This document shows, piece by piece, positions 51,913 through 63,559 of a DNA stretch of 64,000 bases. This DNA comes from Podarcis muralis (lineage: Eukaryota), in contig NC_135659.1 of NCBI RefSeq assembly GCF_964188315.1, positions 51,522,001-51,586,000 on the forward strand, in the 5' to 3' direction. The position numbers and the translations under genes were made by a program. Under the pieces are notes generated by a model that did no database searches, had not been told where the DNA came from, and worked only from the letters and a program-made list of their open reading frames with translations. Position 1 is the stretch's first letter, and each line of letters opens with the position of its first letter.

Positions 51913-52429
51913 TTCTGCCATGTCAAACTATACATACAAATCAGGTAGCCAGAAACATAAAGAGGTTTAACTAAGGGAACTCAAAGAAGATAAAGTATAC
52001 TAATCCTCCTATTTTTCAGTGGCCATTCTAAGGTAGCCACTCAGGTTCTTTACATGGCAATAGTTACTGCTGTAGTACCATGTCTCTTCCCCCACCTCTT
52101 TGGCAGTATGAGGGAGGGTTCTATTTTCCTTTCCCCAATCTGCTGTGCCTGGGATAATGGGATACAGCAGCTGTTGAGGCAGATTTTTCCAAGGTGTCTG
52201 TCTACCCTGAGAAAACTGCATATTCTAAGGATCCTGGCATTGTTGTAAACAGCAATCCAGGCACTGGAGAGGGGAAAGAAATTTCCTGCTCAGCCTTAAT
52301 AGGAGCCGGGTGGTTGGGAGGGAGGAATTCTTCCCAGGCTCGGGTCAAAATCTGAGCTCAAGAAGAACTCAGGGTGCTGTGATGCAACCACTGCAAATCA
52401 TCAAGGATTATTCTCAAAACCAAGGAATT

Positions 52430-52590
52430 ACTATTTATTTATTTATTTATTCATACATACATACATACATACATACATACATACATACATACCCTGCCCA
52501 TCTGGCTGGGCTTCCCCAGCCACTCTGGGCGGCTTCCAACAAAACATTAAAATACAGTAATCCATCAAACATTAAAAGCTTCCCTAAGTG
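52430..52590 (-). mobile_element. Short 5'-truncated L2-type LINE 3' end with (TATT)n(CATA)n tail
   Basis: ATACCCTGCCCATCTGGCTGGGCTTCCCCAGCCACTCTGGGCGGCTTCCAACAAAACATTAAAATACAGTAATCCATCAAACATTAAAAGCTTCCCTAA, a LINE terminus I recognise as abundant in lacertid genomes. Confidence 0.78.
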
Positions 52591-52889
52591 ACTAGTGTCC
52601 CTGAACCAGACAAAACTTTTAGAAATCTTACAGCAGTTAACACCTGTATTTACCGGCAAACCAAACTGCCTTGTAGAGGTAAGCAGAATACACCTGCTCT
52701 GCTTCCCTCCCACCAGTCTTTGCTTAGGGTCTCTTCCTGCAACAGGCTTCTCAACCTGACCAGGTCCTGCCCACATTTCCCACATTTCCTGAGGTGGGTG
52801 TGGGGAATCCCCATTCCTTGTTTCGCTAAATGCATTTGTTCAGTCCTTGCAACAAACAGATTAGCCAGGGTTTTATCAGAGGAGGAGAG

Positions 52890-53350
52890 GAGGGAGCCTG
52901 TGATGTGATAATGGTTTTCAGCAAATCCTCAGGCTGTCACAGATTAGAGCAGCCATGGCAAGGAGTATTATCGGATCCCCCCCTCCCTTTTGTCTTCCTT
53001 TTCCATCGGATTTTGCAAGCCAATCTATTGTAGAGAGAGCTGGTAAGATACAAGCAGAAGTCAGTTTCAATCTGATCTGCGATTGGTTTCCTGGCAGCTG
53101 ATCTGTGCTGCCTTATCGATTCGCGTGCCCTCCACCTTGTTTGTCTGGAGAGGAAGGTGGGAAAGGGGGGTGTATAGTGGAATTGAAGTGCGTGAGCCCT
53201 TGGTGGAACCACTTTAAACTTGATACATACAATTGATCCGGAGGCAGGAGCACAAAGAGGCCAGTGGGGCCAATACAAGAAGAGCAGGAGCCGCCAGCCC
53301 TAATCAAAGGGGTTTAAATGGTTGTGACCTTCTGATTAGAAGCGAGAAAT
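52890..53350. promoter_or_regulatory. Candidate CNE/enhancer
   Basis: Non-repetitive, CpG-retaining (TATCGG, ATCGATTCGCG, GCGATTGG); CCAAT/ATTGG, ATCGAT, TAATC and ATCAAAG motifs. Confidence 0.42.
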
Positions 53351-53979
53351 CATGTCTGGAGGGGTAGCTAGCTGGGGAGTAGAAGGCATTGGGTGGCCTG
53401 AAGCCTCTGAGCCCGCCATACTGCTCTGTTTGTGGCCTTGGCAAGGGCTGCCTGCAGCTCACAGACCTGTGACTTTGCGCTGTTGCTGATGTGTTCTCGG
53501 GTGGTGGAGCTTGAACAATGTGGCTTGTGCTGTGCTTTCTATTGGGATTCTCATAGCACTCAATGGGACTTGCCAGCTCTGCAGCTTGTTCCCATCTAGA
53601 TGGTGAGGGTGGTATAGTCAGGCTCAATTTGAGCCAGGATGTGCCAATATCAGCTGTGGACCATGCTTTCAATGCCAGGGCTCAGTCCTGGAACATGCAC
53701 TTTATATAAACAGAGCAAGTTCAGAACATCTTTGTGTTTCTACTGAAAAAACACAGCTAACCCCACCCCAATGTATCTGAATCAGGGAGTAAAGTCTTCC
53801 AGAGCAGAACTATCATTTCCATCAACCCTGGCTTCTGTCTTTTTAGAAATCAAGGACTGTGCTAGCTGCACACTCACATAGTTCCAGGAGGCCGGGGGCT
53901 TGTTTTGCCTGGCCCCAAATCATCAGTCAGCAGGTTTGGATGGGCGGGAATAGGGCCTAGAACGAGTAATGGGCCTGAG

Positions 53980-54240
53980 TGTGGAAACAGTGTTAATAAA
54001 GTGTATTTCACTTTTAATTTTGACATCCAGTGTAATGATCTTTTTAAGGCCCTATCATATTATCTGCATGACTAGATTATTGAGTCTTCATCGTCTCCAG
54101 ATAAATTTATGGCTGGGATGAGGCTTGGAATTTATTATCAGTCAATAGAGCTCGATCCTCTAACAAGGCGTGTAATAAGATATACATATTTAATGATCCG
54201 GAGTGAAGCAGCCTGCTAATGGGGGTCGACACTTCTATTC
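53980..54240. promoter_or_regulatory. Candidate CNE/enhancer
   Basis: AT-rich block with ATAAATTTATGG, TTTAATGAT, TAAT cores and retained CpGs. Confidence 0.38.
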
Positions 54241-54714
54241 TCTTCCCTTCTCAAAGGTAGCCGGCTCTGGCAGTCCCAAATGGCCTCTTCCCCGATCGGA
54301 CCCCCTTAAACAGGGGCAGCTGGTGATGGCTTCCCTGCTCTCACCGTTCTGAGCAGAGTTTTGCAAAAGCCATATATTAGCTAGCTTGCAGGAGCTGTAG
54401 CATGCCCACAAAGTGAGTTCCTTGCCTCCAACTTCCAGAGAAGGTTCTTTGGGACCTAAGTGTTCTCTGGCACTTCACAGGCTGGGTAGGCTTGAACTTG
54501 GTACTTCAGAGAAGATGTCTAATAGAATAAGAAAACCCATTGGCTAAATGGTACTGAATAGTTCTGAATAGTTCTGAAGACAGAGTGGCTCTGTTCTAGT
54601 GCTTATGGAACCATGGTGCGCCCCCCCCCCACCCTCAGAATCTCCATGTGTAGTTGAATAAACTGATAATTAAACAACAAAATAATGCAGTTTTCATAGG
54701 AATGAAACTGCATA

Positions 54715-54955
54715 CAGTGGTACCTTGGTTTATGAACGTAATCCGTTCCGGAAGTCCATTCTTAAACCAAAGCGTTCTTAAACCAAGGCGTGTTTTCTCA
54801 TAGCAGCGGGGGACATGGAACACACTCAAGAGGAAGCGGAACATGTTCTGCTTCCAAAGCAAAGTTCACAAACCAAAACCCCTACTTCCGGGTTTGCAGC
54901 ATTCTTAATCCAAGCTGTTCATAAACTAAGCTGTTCTTAAACCAAGGTATGATTG
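54715..54955. mobile_element. Tc1/mariner MITE (different internal subfamily)
   Basis: TIRs CAGTGGTACCTTGGTTTA / CAATCATACCTTGGTTTA; TA at 54713-54714 and 54956-54957. Confidence 0.88.
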
Positions 54956-55712
54956 TACTCCACTTAGACTTCCACATGCCAGGATTATTGCGATAGAGGC
55001 AGCTTTATGCTCTGCCTAGTTTGATGCCTTGGATCCAACAGTGAAACCTCACATTTCTCTCACATTTCTTTTAGTTCCTGCATTTCTGTTTTGCGTGTGC
55101 AGTCTCAGAAAGACATGCATTCTGATAAAGTCCCTATCCCATTCCTTTGAGTATCACCATTCCTTCTAATAGTGAACTTGGGTGGATGAGGGTTCTATAA
55201 GTGGGTCCACCCAAAAATAAGTTAGTAGTTTCTGCATACTCAAGGGACTTCCTAGGTATAGTATATTCTTGTTAATTAAAGGGGAGAGGGCTCAGAACAC
55301 TCTGACAAGGATCTATGATCTTCCAGGATGTATGGAATGTTGAAGGCAGTTGAGAGACAGAGTAGAAACTTTATATGGGGAAGGAGAATGCTTCAAAAAT
55401 TTAGTGGTCTCTTCAAGCGCAAAGCTGCAGCTTTATCATTATGCAGGGAAGATTTGGGTTGAGGGATGCATGCTGTCACATCTAAAAAGTCCCACCCCTG
55501 TGCTGGGCGAGTTCAGGCCTAGCAGTCAGGCCCAAACCTAAGCCTTCTAGCTTTATGTTATAGTGTGGCAGGAGAAGGCTTCAGGGTCTTCATCCTTCCT
55601 GATACTCCTGAATGAGACCTAAATAGCACTTCAAAACTCCTTTCTCACAGACACCACAACAGGAAGAGAGGCAGGGATACACTGATACATTTTGCTACAG
55701 ATTCCACTTGCT

Positions 55713-55858
55713 CATAGAATCATAGAGTTGGAAGGGACCCTGGGGGTCATCTAATCCAGCCCCTCAATGCAGGAATATGCAGCTGTACCATACAGGGATC
55801 AAACCTGCGACCTTGCTCTTATCAGCACCATACTCTAACCAGCTGAGCTACCCAGGCT
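55713..55858 (-). mobile_element. Short tRNA(Ile-like)-headed SINE with CR1-derived tail
   Basis: Minus strand: A-box TAGCTCAGCTGG, loop CTGATAA, B-box GGTTTGATCCC, then ..GGATTAGATGACCCCCAGGGTCCCTTCCAACTCTATGATTCTATG (CR1 3' end). Confidence 0.85.
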
Positions 55859-56458
55859 CCCAATAATGAGCTTAGGTAGCTGAGTCCCTCTTGGTGTGGA
55901 ATTGAAACAAAACCACTCAAAAATAAGGTAGTGGCTTCTGCCTACTCAGGGGACACCCCTGGTACACAGAAGTACACAGGTTTGTGAATTATATTAAATG
56001 AAAATGACTTTTAAAAACCCACTTTGACATGACCTAAAGAAACTTGAGGTCAGGCAAACTGTGTGAGTCTATGAATTAAGTTTGTGCCTGAGAACTGTTT
56101 GAGACATGGAATCATCATATGCCACTTGAACACAAAGCATTTATGGGAAGGCAGAAGAAGAGAAGGAATGGATATGCTCAAGCCCCTGACAAGTTATAGT
56201 AAGTGTGGGTGGGGGGTAGTGTTGGATGAGATGAGATGAGATGTTTTTCCCATCTCCAGAACTGTGTGTTCCCTGCTAAATAGTTATAAAATACTTAGGT
56301 TTGGGGCTAGCAACTCTCTGTTGCTGTAACACCAGAGGGGGAGGTCTTGCCAGGGTACCTTTCCTGAAACTTTCCCAGCTTCCCAAGAGGCCGGGGCAGG
56401 TCTGCATGTCTCTCAGTCCAGACTCTCTAGAGCCTTGAACAGAAGCATTCCTCTAAGG

Positions 56459-56664
56459 CAGAGCTTTCCAAATTGTGTGTTGTGACACGTTAGTGTGTCG
56501 GCTGCAGTGTGTAGGTGTGCCGCATGAACGTTCCCTGGGCTCCTCCCGGGGCTGAAAAGAGGTTAGTTTAACCTCCAGTTTGCTAGTAAAACTGAATTAC
56601 AGTGTCACGAAATGATGCATGTCTAAAAAGGGTGTCACCAACATGAAAAATTTGGAAAGCTCTG
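56459..56664. mobile_element. hAT MITE
   Basis: Perfect 14-bp TIR CAGAGCTTTCCAAA; 8-bp TSD CTCTAAGG / CTCTAAGA (7/8). Confidence 0.92.
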
Positions 56665-56675
56665 CTCTAAGATGC

Positions 56676-56742
56676 TGCAACATTTTGTTGCATGCCCCCT
56701 TATGTTGTGTTGCAACGTTTTGTTGCATGCCCCCTTATGTTG
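56676..56742. repeat. Two-copy tandem duplication (32-bp unit, period 35)
   Basis: TGCAAC(A/G)TTTTGTTGCATGCCCCCTTATGTTG twice, separated by TGT. Confidence 0.9.
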
Positions 56743-56751
56743 ATAAATCAA

Positions 56752-56900
56752 TCAGCTGCTGTAGCATAGTGACTAAGAGACTGAGCTGTGACTTGCAAAC
56801 TTCTCTGTTTGCGTTTTGGCAGTGTTACAAACTCACTTAAGCAACCAACTTTCAGCTCCATCCCTCTTCCCCCAGTCTGTGCTATGCTGATAAGAATATT
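56752..56900 (+). mobile_element. Ancient MIR-like SINE remnant
   Basis: TGTAGCATAGTGACTAAGAG..TGAGCTG head, then AGCAA..ACTTTCAGCTCC..TTCCCCAGTCTGT core-like segment. Confidence 0.45.
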
Positions 56901-57594
56901 TATTTCAACAATTTATATCCACTTAATATCATAGGTTAGAAGAAAGATACAATAGAGAAAATTAATCAGTAAAATCTTCTTAAAATGCCTACTGAAGCAA
57001 AAAGAAGTCTGGCCTACCTAAAAGGGCTGTTGTAAGAACTACAAGAAAGCAGTGTACTGTATGTGAAGTTCTGCAATGTTCCAAATAGTTATATGAATGC
57101 AATTGTTACCACAGCTAAGGAGACTTTCAACTGCAGCAGGCTTGTTTTTTCTTTAGATTCTTTAGATTCAGTCTGAAGCCGTTATCATGGTGACACTCAG
57201 CAAGATTCTAAGATGCAGCTTTCTTTTCCTGGGTCAATTTCACCATATTAGCCTCATGTAAATGTGAAGTTGGAAGAAACAATACTTTTTCTGTATATTA
57301 ATCTTAATAACTTTCTTGATCAGTCATCTTTTGACATTTGAGGGCTGCTAGAACCCGAGGCTAACTTTGGACATGACATAATCTTGTTAGGACATCATCA
57401 CAATCCAACATTATTTATTTCCTACAAGAATGTTGTAGCTCCACTGATGCAGACAATTATTCCAAATCTTTATTCTGTCTGATTCTATATTATTTATTTT
57501 CTGGGAGTTATTTGTTTGTGGGGATTGGCAGCTTTATGCACAAGCTTTTGCTTAAGGTAGTTGGAGTTTAAGAATATGGGGTTGTGCATTTTCC

Positions 57595-57664
57595 TGGAGA
57601 TGCTGGGGATTGAATCCAAGACTTTCTGCATGGAAAGCAGGTGCTCTACCACTTGAACTACATG
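57595..57664 (-). mobile_element. tRNA-Ala-like SINE head / tRNA pseudogene
   Basis: Minus strand ATGTAGTTCAAGTGGTAGAGCACCTGCTTTCCATGCAGAAAGTCTTGGATTCAATCCCCAGCATCTCCA resembles vertebrate tRNA-Ala(TGC) but is mutated in the stems and B-box. Confidence 0.7.
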
Positions 57665-57761
57665 GTCTCTACTCCAGCTTCTGTCATCCCTATTGGTCTT
57701 CTGGCTGTAGCTGAAGGAATTCTAGTCCAACAACCCCTGGGGGTTATAACATATGCTAGGC

Positions 57762-57896
57762 CAGACATAGGCAAACTCGGCCCTCCAGATGTTATGGGAC
57801 TACAACTCCCATGATCCCTAGCTAACAGGACTAGTGGTCAGGGATGATGGGAATTGTAGTCCCAAAACATCTGGAGGGCGAGTTTGCCTATGCCTG
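57762..57896. mobile_element. Palindromic hAT MITE
   Basis: TIRs CAG(A/G)CATAGGCAAACTC; whole element forms a hairpin; 8-bp TSD TGCTAGGC / TGCTAAGC (7/8). Confidence 0.92.
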
Positions 57897-57913
57897 TGCT
57901 AAGCCATTCAATA

Positions 57914-58129
57914 CAGTCATACCTTGGAAGTTGAACAGAATCCATTCTGGAAGTCCGTTTGACTTCCAAAACGTTCGGAAACCAAAGTTTCCTGCAGCCA
58001 ATCGGAAGCCCTGTTGGATGTTTGGCTTCCCAAAATAGTTTGCAAACCGGAACAGTCACTTCCGGGTTTGTGACATTTGGGAGCCAAAACATTCAAGAAC
58101 TAAATGGTTCGAAAATCAAAGTATGACTG
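57914..58129. mobile_element. Tc1/mariner MITE
   Basis: TIRs CAGTCATAC(C/T)TTG; TA at 57912-57913 and 58130-58131; interior (GGAAGTCC, ACTTCCGGGTTTG) related to 54715-54955. Confidence 0.88.
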
Positions 58130-60652
58130 TATAGGCATATGCAAAACCAGGTAAATTTAAGCATCAACTTTATTTCTAAAAGCAGCGCCCATAGCTAATC
58201 CTTAAAGTAATAGTTTAATGAATAAATTATCCTATGCTTTGATTTATTAATCTATTGTCTCCCCACATTTGCAAACACACACACACACACAGACGGTGTT
58301 ACCTCCTAGAATGGCTTTCTTGTAAATTCTGGGCTATTGTTGAATGTGTGGTCCTTGTCTTTGGTGGGGACCCAGAGAGATACATAACATTATTGGTTGC
58401 TTTTCATAATAAAAGTTTTTTGAGGCTACTGATAATGTTGATCAGTTCATTAGAGCCTGTGTAGTCTGATGAAGAGCTGTGGATTTTTAGAAGTAGTCCT
58501 GGCAAAGAACGATCAGTAGGCAGAGTACCAGAGAAATCATTTAAAGGCACAAAACAAATGTAGATTCTTCCCTTGTGGAGATGGAAGAAACTCCCTCTTG
58601 AGCACAGGAGGCTGTTGTGCATCTGTAGCTAGATAAAATAGTTCCTCACCCCTGGCTATATTTTGAGCCTCCGGTGCTGATTTTTCCAGCCCTTTGGGAT
58701 GTTATTAAATTAGTTTCCCAGGACTTTTAATAAGCACTTTTGATTCCTTTGAAGCGTGTGGCTTTGTGGGAAGATTACAGCTCTGCATCCTTCTCGCTGG
58801 GAGAGAAACAATGGCAAGGGTCTGGCGTTTGATCTGTCCTTCCGAAGGCAAGAGAGACAAAGGGCTGGACTGAGGATTGGGAGCTAATGTTTAAAAATAG
58901 GCAGGTCTCCCTCCAAGATAAAGAGAGCTGGCCTTCTGTGTGCAATCAGTGCCTCTGCCTTGCTGGACCTGCCAAAATGAAGCTGGGCTTATTTGAAAGA
59001 TTTTGAGTGTAGCTCTGCAGTTTCATTCCGAAGCCTTTCAACGCAATAACTAGGCCATCTCGCCTGGCTTTAAAGCAGAAAACTTTATATTAGGACTCTT
59101 GGAAGCTCCGGAATTGCAACCCTTCCCTTTCATTCCTTTTTCTTGTCATGGTGTGTCACTCTCAGGGAGAAGTAGCTCTACTTAACAGATTCTCCCATTT
59201 TGACTTTGATGTCTCTTCCTAATTAGGGTCCCAATCCCAGTAGCTTCAGCTGAACCAGGAAGTGACCAGGGGGTTGTTCAAGGCTTGCTGGAAAGACGTG
59301 GGGAGGGATTCAGTGCCGTGCTAAGGTGATTGTTGCATCAGGGCAAGCATTTTGGCTTGCAGACTGAACAATATCCCCTTTCCTTCCTGAGCAGGCTGTT
59401 CCGAAGGTTCTCCCCCTGCCCAAGAGCCAATTTTAGGGGGGTGCAGGTGGGAAAGCCCCTGTTGTACAAATGAAAGCTCTTGCATAGGGATTCCATTAAT
59501 GGTCTTATTAGCTGAATCCCACTCATGAGCAGTGGATGGAAAGGGATGGAAGGGCAGCTGCTCTCAAGTCAACGAATATGGTAAAAATAATTTCTTGACA
59601 AGGTAAAAATAATGGGAAAGTGGAGTAGCTGGAAGACCAGCTCTCACCACCTACCCTACTCAAAGGGTGCATTTCCTTTCTATCTGGTGGTAAGGATGCA
59701 AGCAGCTATTTGGGAAGATAAGATCCACCACTTCTTGCCTGTCATATACTTCTTGTGTAAGATACCAATGAAGCAAAAATATCTGTTAATATTTAGGACC
59801 AGGTTCCTCTTGCAACCCAGGATATCCACAAGAGACCAGTGGGGCTTCAGTGGAGATGAATGGGTGATCATTATAATTTCATTTTAAAATCTTTGATTGT
59901 GAAGGTACCCATGAGGCCAAGCTATAGTCCCTAGCACATGGTGCAAGTGTAGACAGAAAAAGCCGGTCCTTGCTTGTAGCAATCCAAGCATAGGAATATA
60001 GAACCCAGAGGCGCTTCAGTGCCTGCAGAGGTGACTGGTGCTTTTCTGCAGCGAGTATTGAAATTTCTCATTGCTGGAAAGGAAACCCCAGTGTTCATGT
60101 GAGGTTCTCAGCAGGAGCAGCCAAGAGACAGCGATGAGCAGTTTAGCAAGGGCAGAAAGTTCCAGGGAGCAGAGCCCTGCCTTTATCAGCAGTAACTACT
60201 GCTGACTTTAACAGCCAGGCATAAACTTGCCATAAATATTGTGAGGATAAGTGCTAAGACATGACTCCTTTACAGCGAGCAGAGGTCTGACCTTCCCCTA
60301 GAGAATATATGGCTGTATACCAGAAGCAGTATTGCTCTAGCCATTTCTTCTAGTGAGAGAGGTGGCAATGTCCTTGCAGGCAGGTATACACTAATGCTGT
60401 TTGCCCCACACTCTGCCTTCCCAATGTTGCTTTTAGAATAACATTTTCAGCTATTGAATTGTGACTTCTTACCTCTTTCTACACTAGATCAATGGAACGA
60501 TGCTGTGAAAAGTTCAGTGTTCTCCCACTTTTTGTAATCAGAATTACCTATAGTAGAGTTCGGGAAGTAGCCCAGAGCATGTTCTTATCTGTGATCACAC
60601 AGGAGATCCATGGAAGATCAGGGAGTGGAAAATAGTACCGCTCCTACATATA

Positions 60653-60841
60653 CAGTGGTACCTCGATTTACAAACTATTCGGTTTGCGAACTTTACCTCG
60701 GTCTAAGAACGGATGCTGAATGGTGGAAGGGCACTGGCGGCAGGAGGCCTCATTAGGGAAAGTGTGCCTCGGTTTAAGAACGCATTTGGTTTGAGAACGG
60801 ACTTCAGGAACGGATTAAGTTCGTAAACCTAGGTACCATTG
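60653..60841. mobile_element. Tc1/mariner MITE
   Basis: TIRs CAGTGGTACCTCGATTTAC / CAATGGTACCTAGGTTTAC; TA at 60651-60652 and 60842-60843. Confidence 0.88.
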
Positions 60842-61234
60842 TACTCTTGTTCAAAAAGAGATGCACTGGATCACTTGGGGCTAGCAGTCTCCATACTCAA
60901 ACCCTTTCCCCCGCAATAGTCACAGACAAATACGGGCAATTCCCCCGGTGTTACCATTTTAAACACAGTTGTGCTTCAGGCACTACCTAACGACGTATCT
61001 TTCCGTAGTGCAGACCTACACCGTGCCCCCCTCCCCCAACTCCCAGTCTCTGAGCTCCCTTACGCATTTCGAACTGCATGTAGAACAGCTTCTGTGCCGG
61101 AAATGGCAATCCATCCCCATTGCCAAGACAGTCAAACACCTGGCTGGTTGATTTGGAGCAGTGAAGGATGGAGATCCTTTCAGCTTAAGAGTATTGGCTC
61201 CTGCTTCACCCCTGACCCTTACACTCTCTGCCTG

Positions 61235-61237
<3 letters not shown>

Positions 61238-61281
<44 letters not shown>
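61238..61281. repeat. (TG)n microsatellite
   Basis: Direct inspection. Confidence 0.97.
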
Positions 61282-61283
<2 letters not shown>

Positions 61284-63559
61284 AATGAGTGCTCCCGGGA
61301 ACACCCACCAGAGCAAAACTGGGGAATAATGGCTAAATCAAGCTGGCACATACAATTAGGCATCTAAATGCACAAGAAAGGTGAGGAAATAACGGATTGT
61401 GACAATTGTTTTCTAACAAATTCTGCCCCAGTTTAAATCCCATTTGGGGTCCTTTCTGGTCATTAGGTATGTTTTAAGCTGTTCTCCATAGCATCACACA
61501 GCCACTCAACCTATGGCACAGTAAACCTGAGCATCTTCTGTGTGAGGCTCCTGTGATGAATGGGGCTTGCTCAAAAACATGGATATGCTTTGGCTCAGTT
61601 GCCATTTATTTCACTGGAGCTTGCACAGAAAACGATGTTGTTGCCAGAGTATAACTGCCTGTGGGCCAACTTAACCATGGTACCATTCAGTTAGCAATTG
61701 TATGAATGTTCATTTAAGTGAATATAGCTGGTGTAGCAGGTATGGGGGCCTGGTCTGGATTGGGACGGCAAAGGGTTTAAATTCCTCCTCCAAACAGGGT
61801 CTCAATCAGGATTGAGGCTCTCGTGCCTAACATCTATACTTCCAAAAATTCATTTAATTGCTTAATCCCTGAAATGTTCTCCCATTTATTTGGCCCTAAG
61901 ATTCTTCTCTGAAATATATTGCAGACCAGGAAATGTGGCTGTAGAATTATGAGGGGGGTTAATTAAAGGTTATAATTGAACATAGTCATGTGTGGATCAA
62001 ACCAGTAACCTTGTAAGGGCTATTAATATCATGGTTTCCCCAGTGGAGGACTAACTGCAAATCCAGGATGGAAGATTCCAGTTTGCTTTCTGTCTCCTTG
62101 CAGATGCCCCTCTTCTCCTCTCTCTGACATTAGAGGAGCATTGTAAAGGGAGCAGTGTGGGACCAAGGCATATTCTTAAGCGAAAGTGGTTTCTGTGGAT
62201 TATAGGGACCAGAATTAGTGCTGTCAAATGATGAGTCATATTTGGGGAGGAGTTCTCATAATTTTGCTTAGACTGAGGTCTGGATAGGTACATCAGCCAA
62301 TGTGGAAACCTTTAAAACAAGTCATAGCAAGATCTCTTAACCAAGCCCAGATTAATAACTGTCCAAGTCCATTTCACAGAGGAGACATGCTTAGGGAACT
62401 GGGTCTGTCATTCTGGATTGGCCCAGATCCTGAGCAACTGGTGAGTTTTGAGTCCTCTTTGCCTCCCTGCTCGGATGCATGCTGGATTTCTGAAGTGTCT
62501 TAACACCTATAGAAACGGTATAGCACAAAAATGCTCCCTTGCAGAGTGGTATACGAATTCCCAGGAGAGAGACATTACGCTGCACTACAAGGAAGTCACT
62601 CAGAAAGCCCACAGATATTTTTGCTGCTATTCTAAGCCAAGCTTTGTATACCCCCAAAATTCTATCTGAAGTGCAGAAATGAATGCCTCTTGGGATATAA
62701 TTAAGCCAAACAGATTCAAAGGGAATTAAGGCATAGTTTAGAGATAGCAAGAGGAAGTCCACTCAAGGTTGTGATTTGCAACAGAAACAGTTTTCTTATG
62801 TTAATACGCTATGGGAATTTAAAAACAAAACAGAATTGCCAGTCAAATTTGGCATGATGGAGAAAATTAGTTTTGTATCTCTAAAATATATTCATTAGTT
62901 TTTCCCTGGTCTTTCTGGTGGAAAACTGGTAATCAGTCTTCAGTGCAACTCCAGCTCATTCCTCTCAGTGCTGGGTTCAGCCCTGGTCTAGGTGTAGTGC
63001 TAACACAGAAGTATTTTTAAGGATGATGTGCAAAATGACCATCTCCCACGCTGTATACTCACAGTCCACACCTCACATCTACAGTTACGGGACAGGACGT
63101 TGAAACCTGAAGGCATGGCTTCATAGCCCAGGGAAATCCTTATGTGAAAAAAACAGCTATTGGCAGGATTGCATCTCTAGTGGTAGCCATTTTGGAGGGA
63201 AAGGTCCCCGATAACTGCCCAAGGAAACTCTGAGGGTGGGGAGTGTGTCTGATTTTGCAAGACATGTTGTCGGTGTCTGTCTGTCATTTGGTGGGATTTT
63301 TATGAGTGGTGAGCATAATACAGGACTGTATGAATAGGATTGTCTAGCTGATGGTGATGTATCGTTTTTCATTACCGCCTCTCAAGTCCTCTCTGCTCCA
63401 TGTGTGGAAATCCTATTTATTCTCTAATTTGTAAAAATTCCCTCCTTATCTGATACCAATCAGGGAGGGGTAATTGCCTCTCAGGGCCAGTGGCTGGGGG
63501 CCTGATGAAGAGATATGTGTGCTGGCACTGTCTGTCCAGGCGCTGTGGCCTGCTGCACC

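Noticed and set aside
55790-55852. Possible tRNA-Ile gene
   Set aside because: Mutated stems and B-box, fused to a CR1 tail: a SINE head, not a functional tRNA. The same applies to the tRNA-Ala-like 57595-57664.
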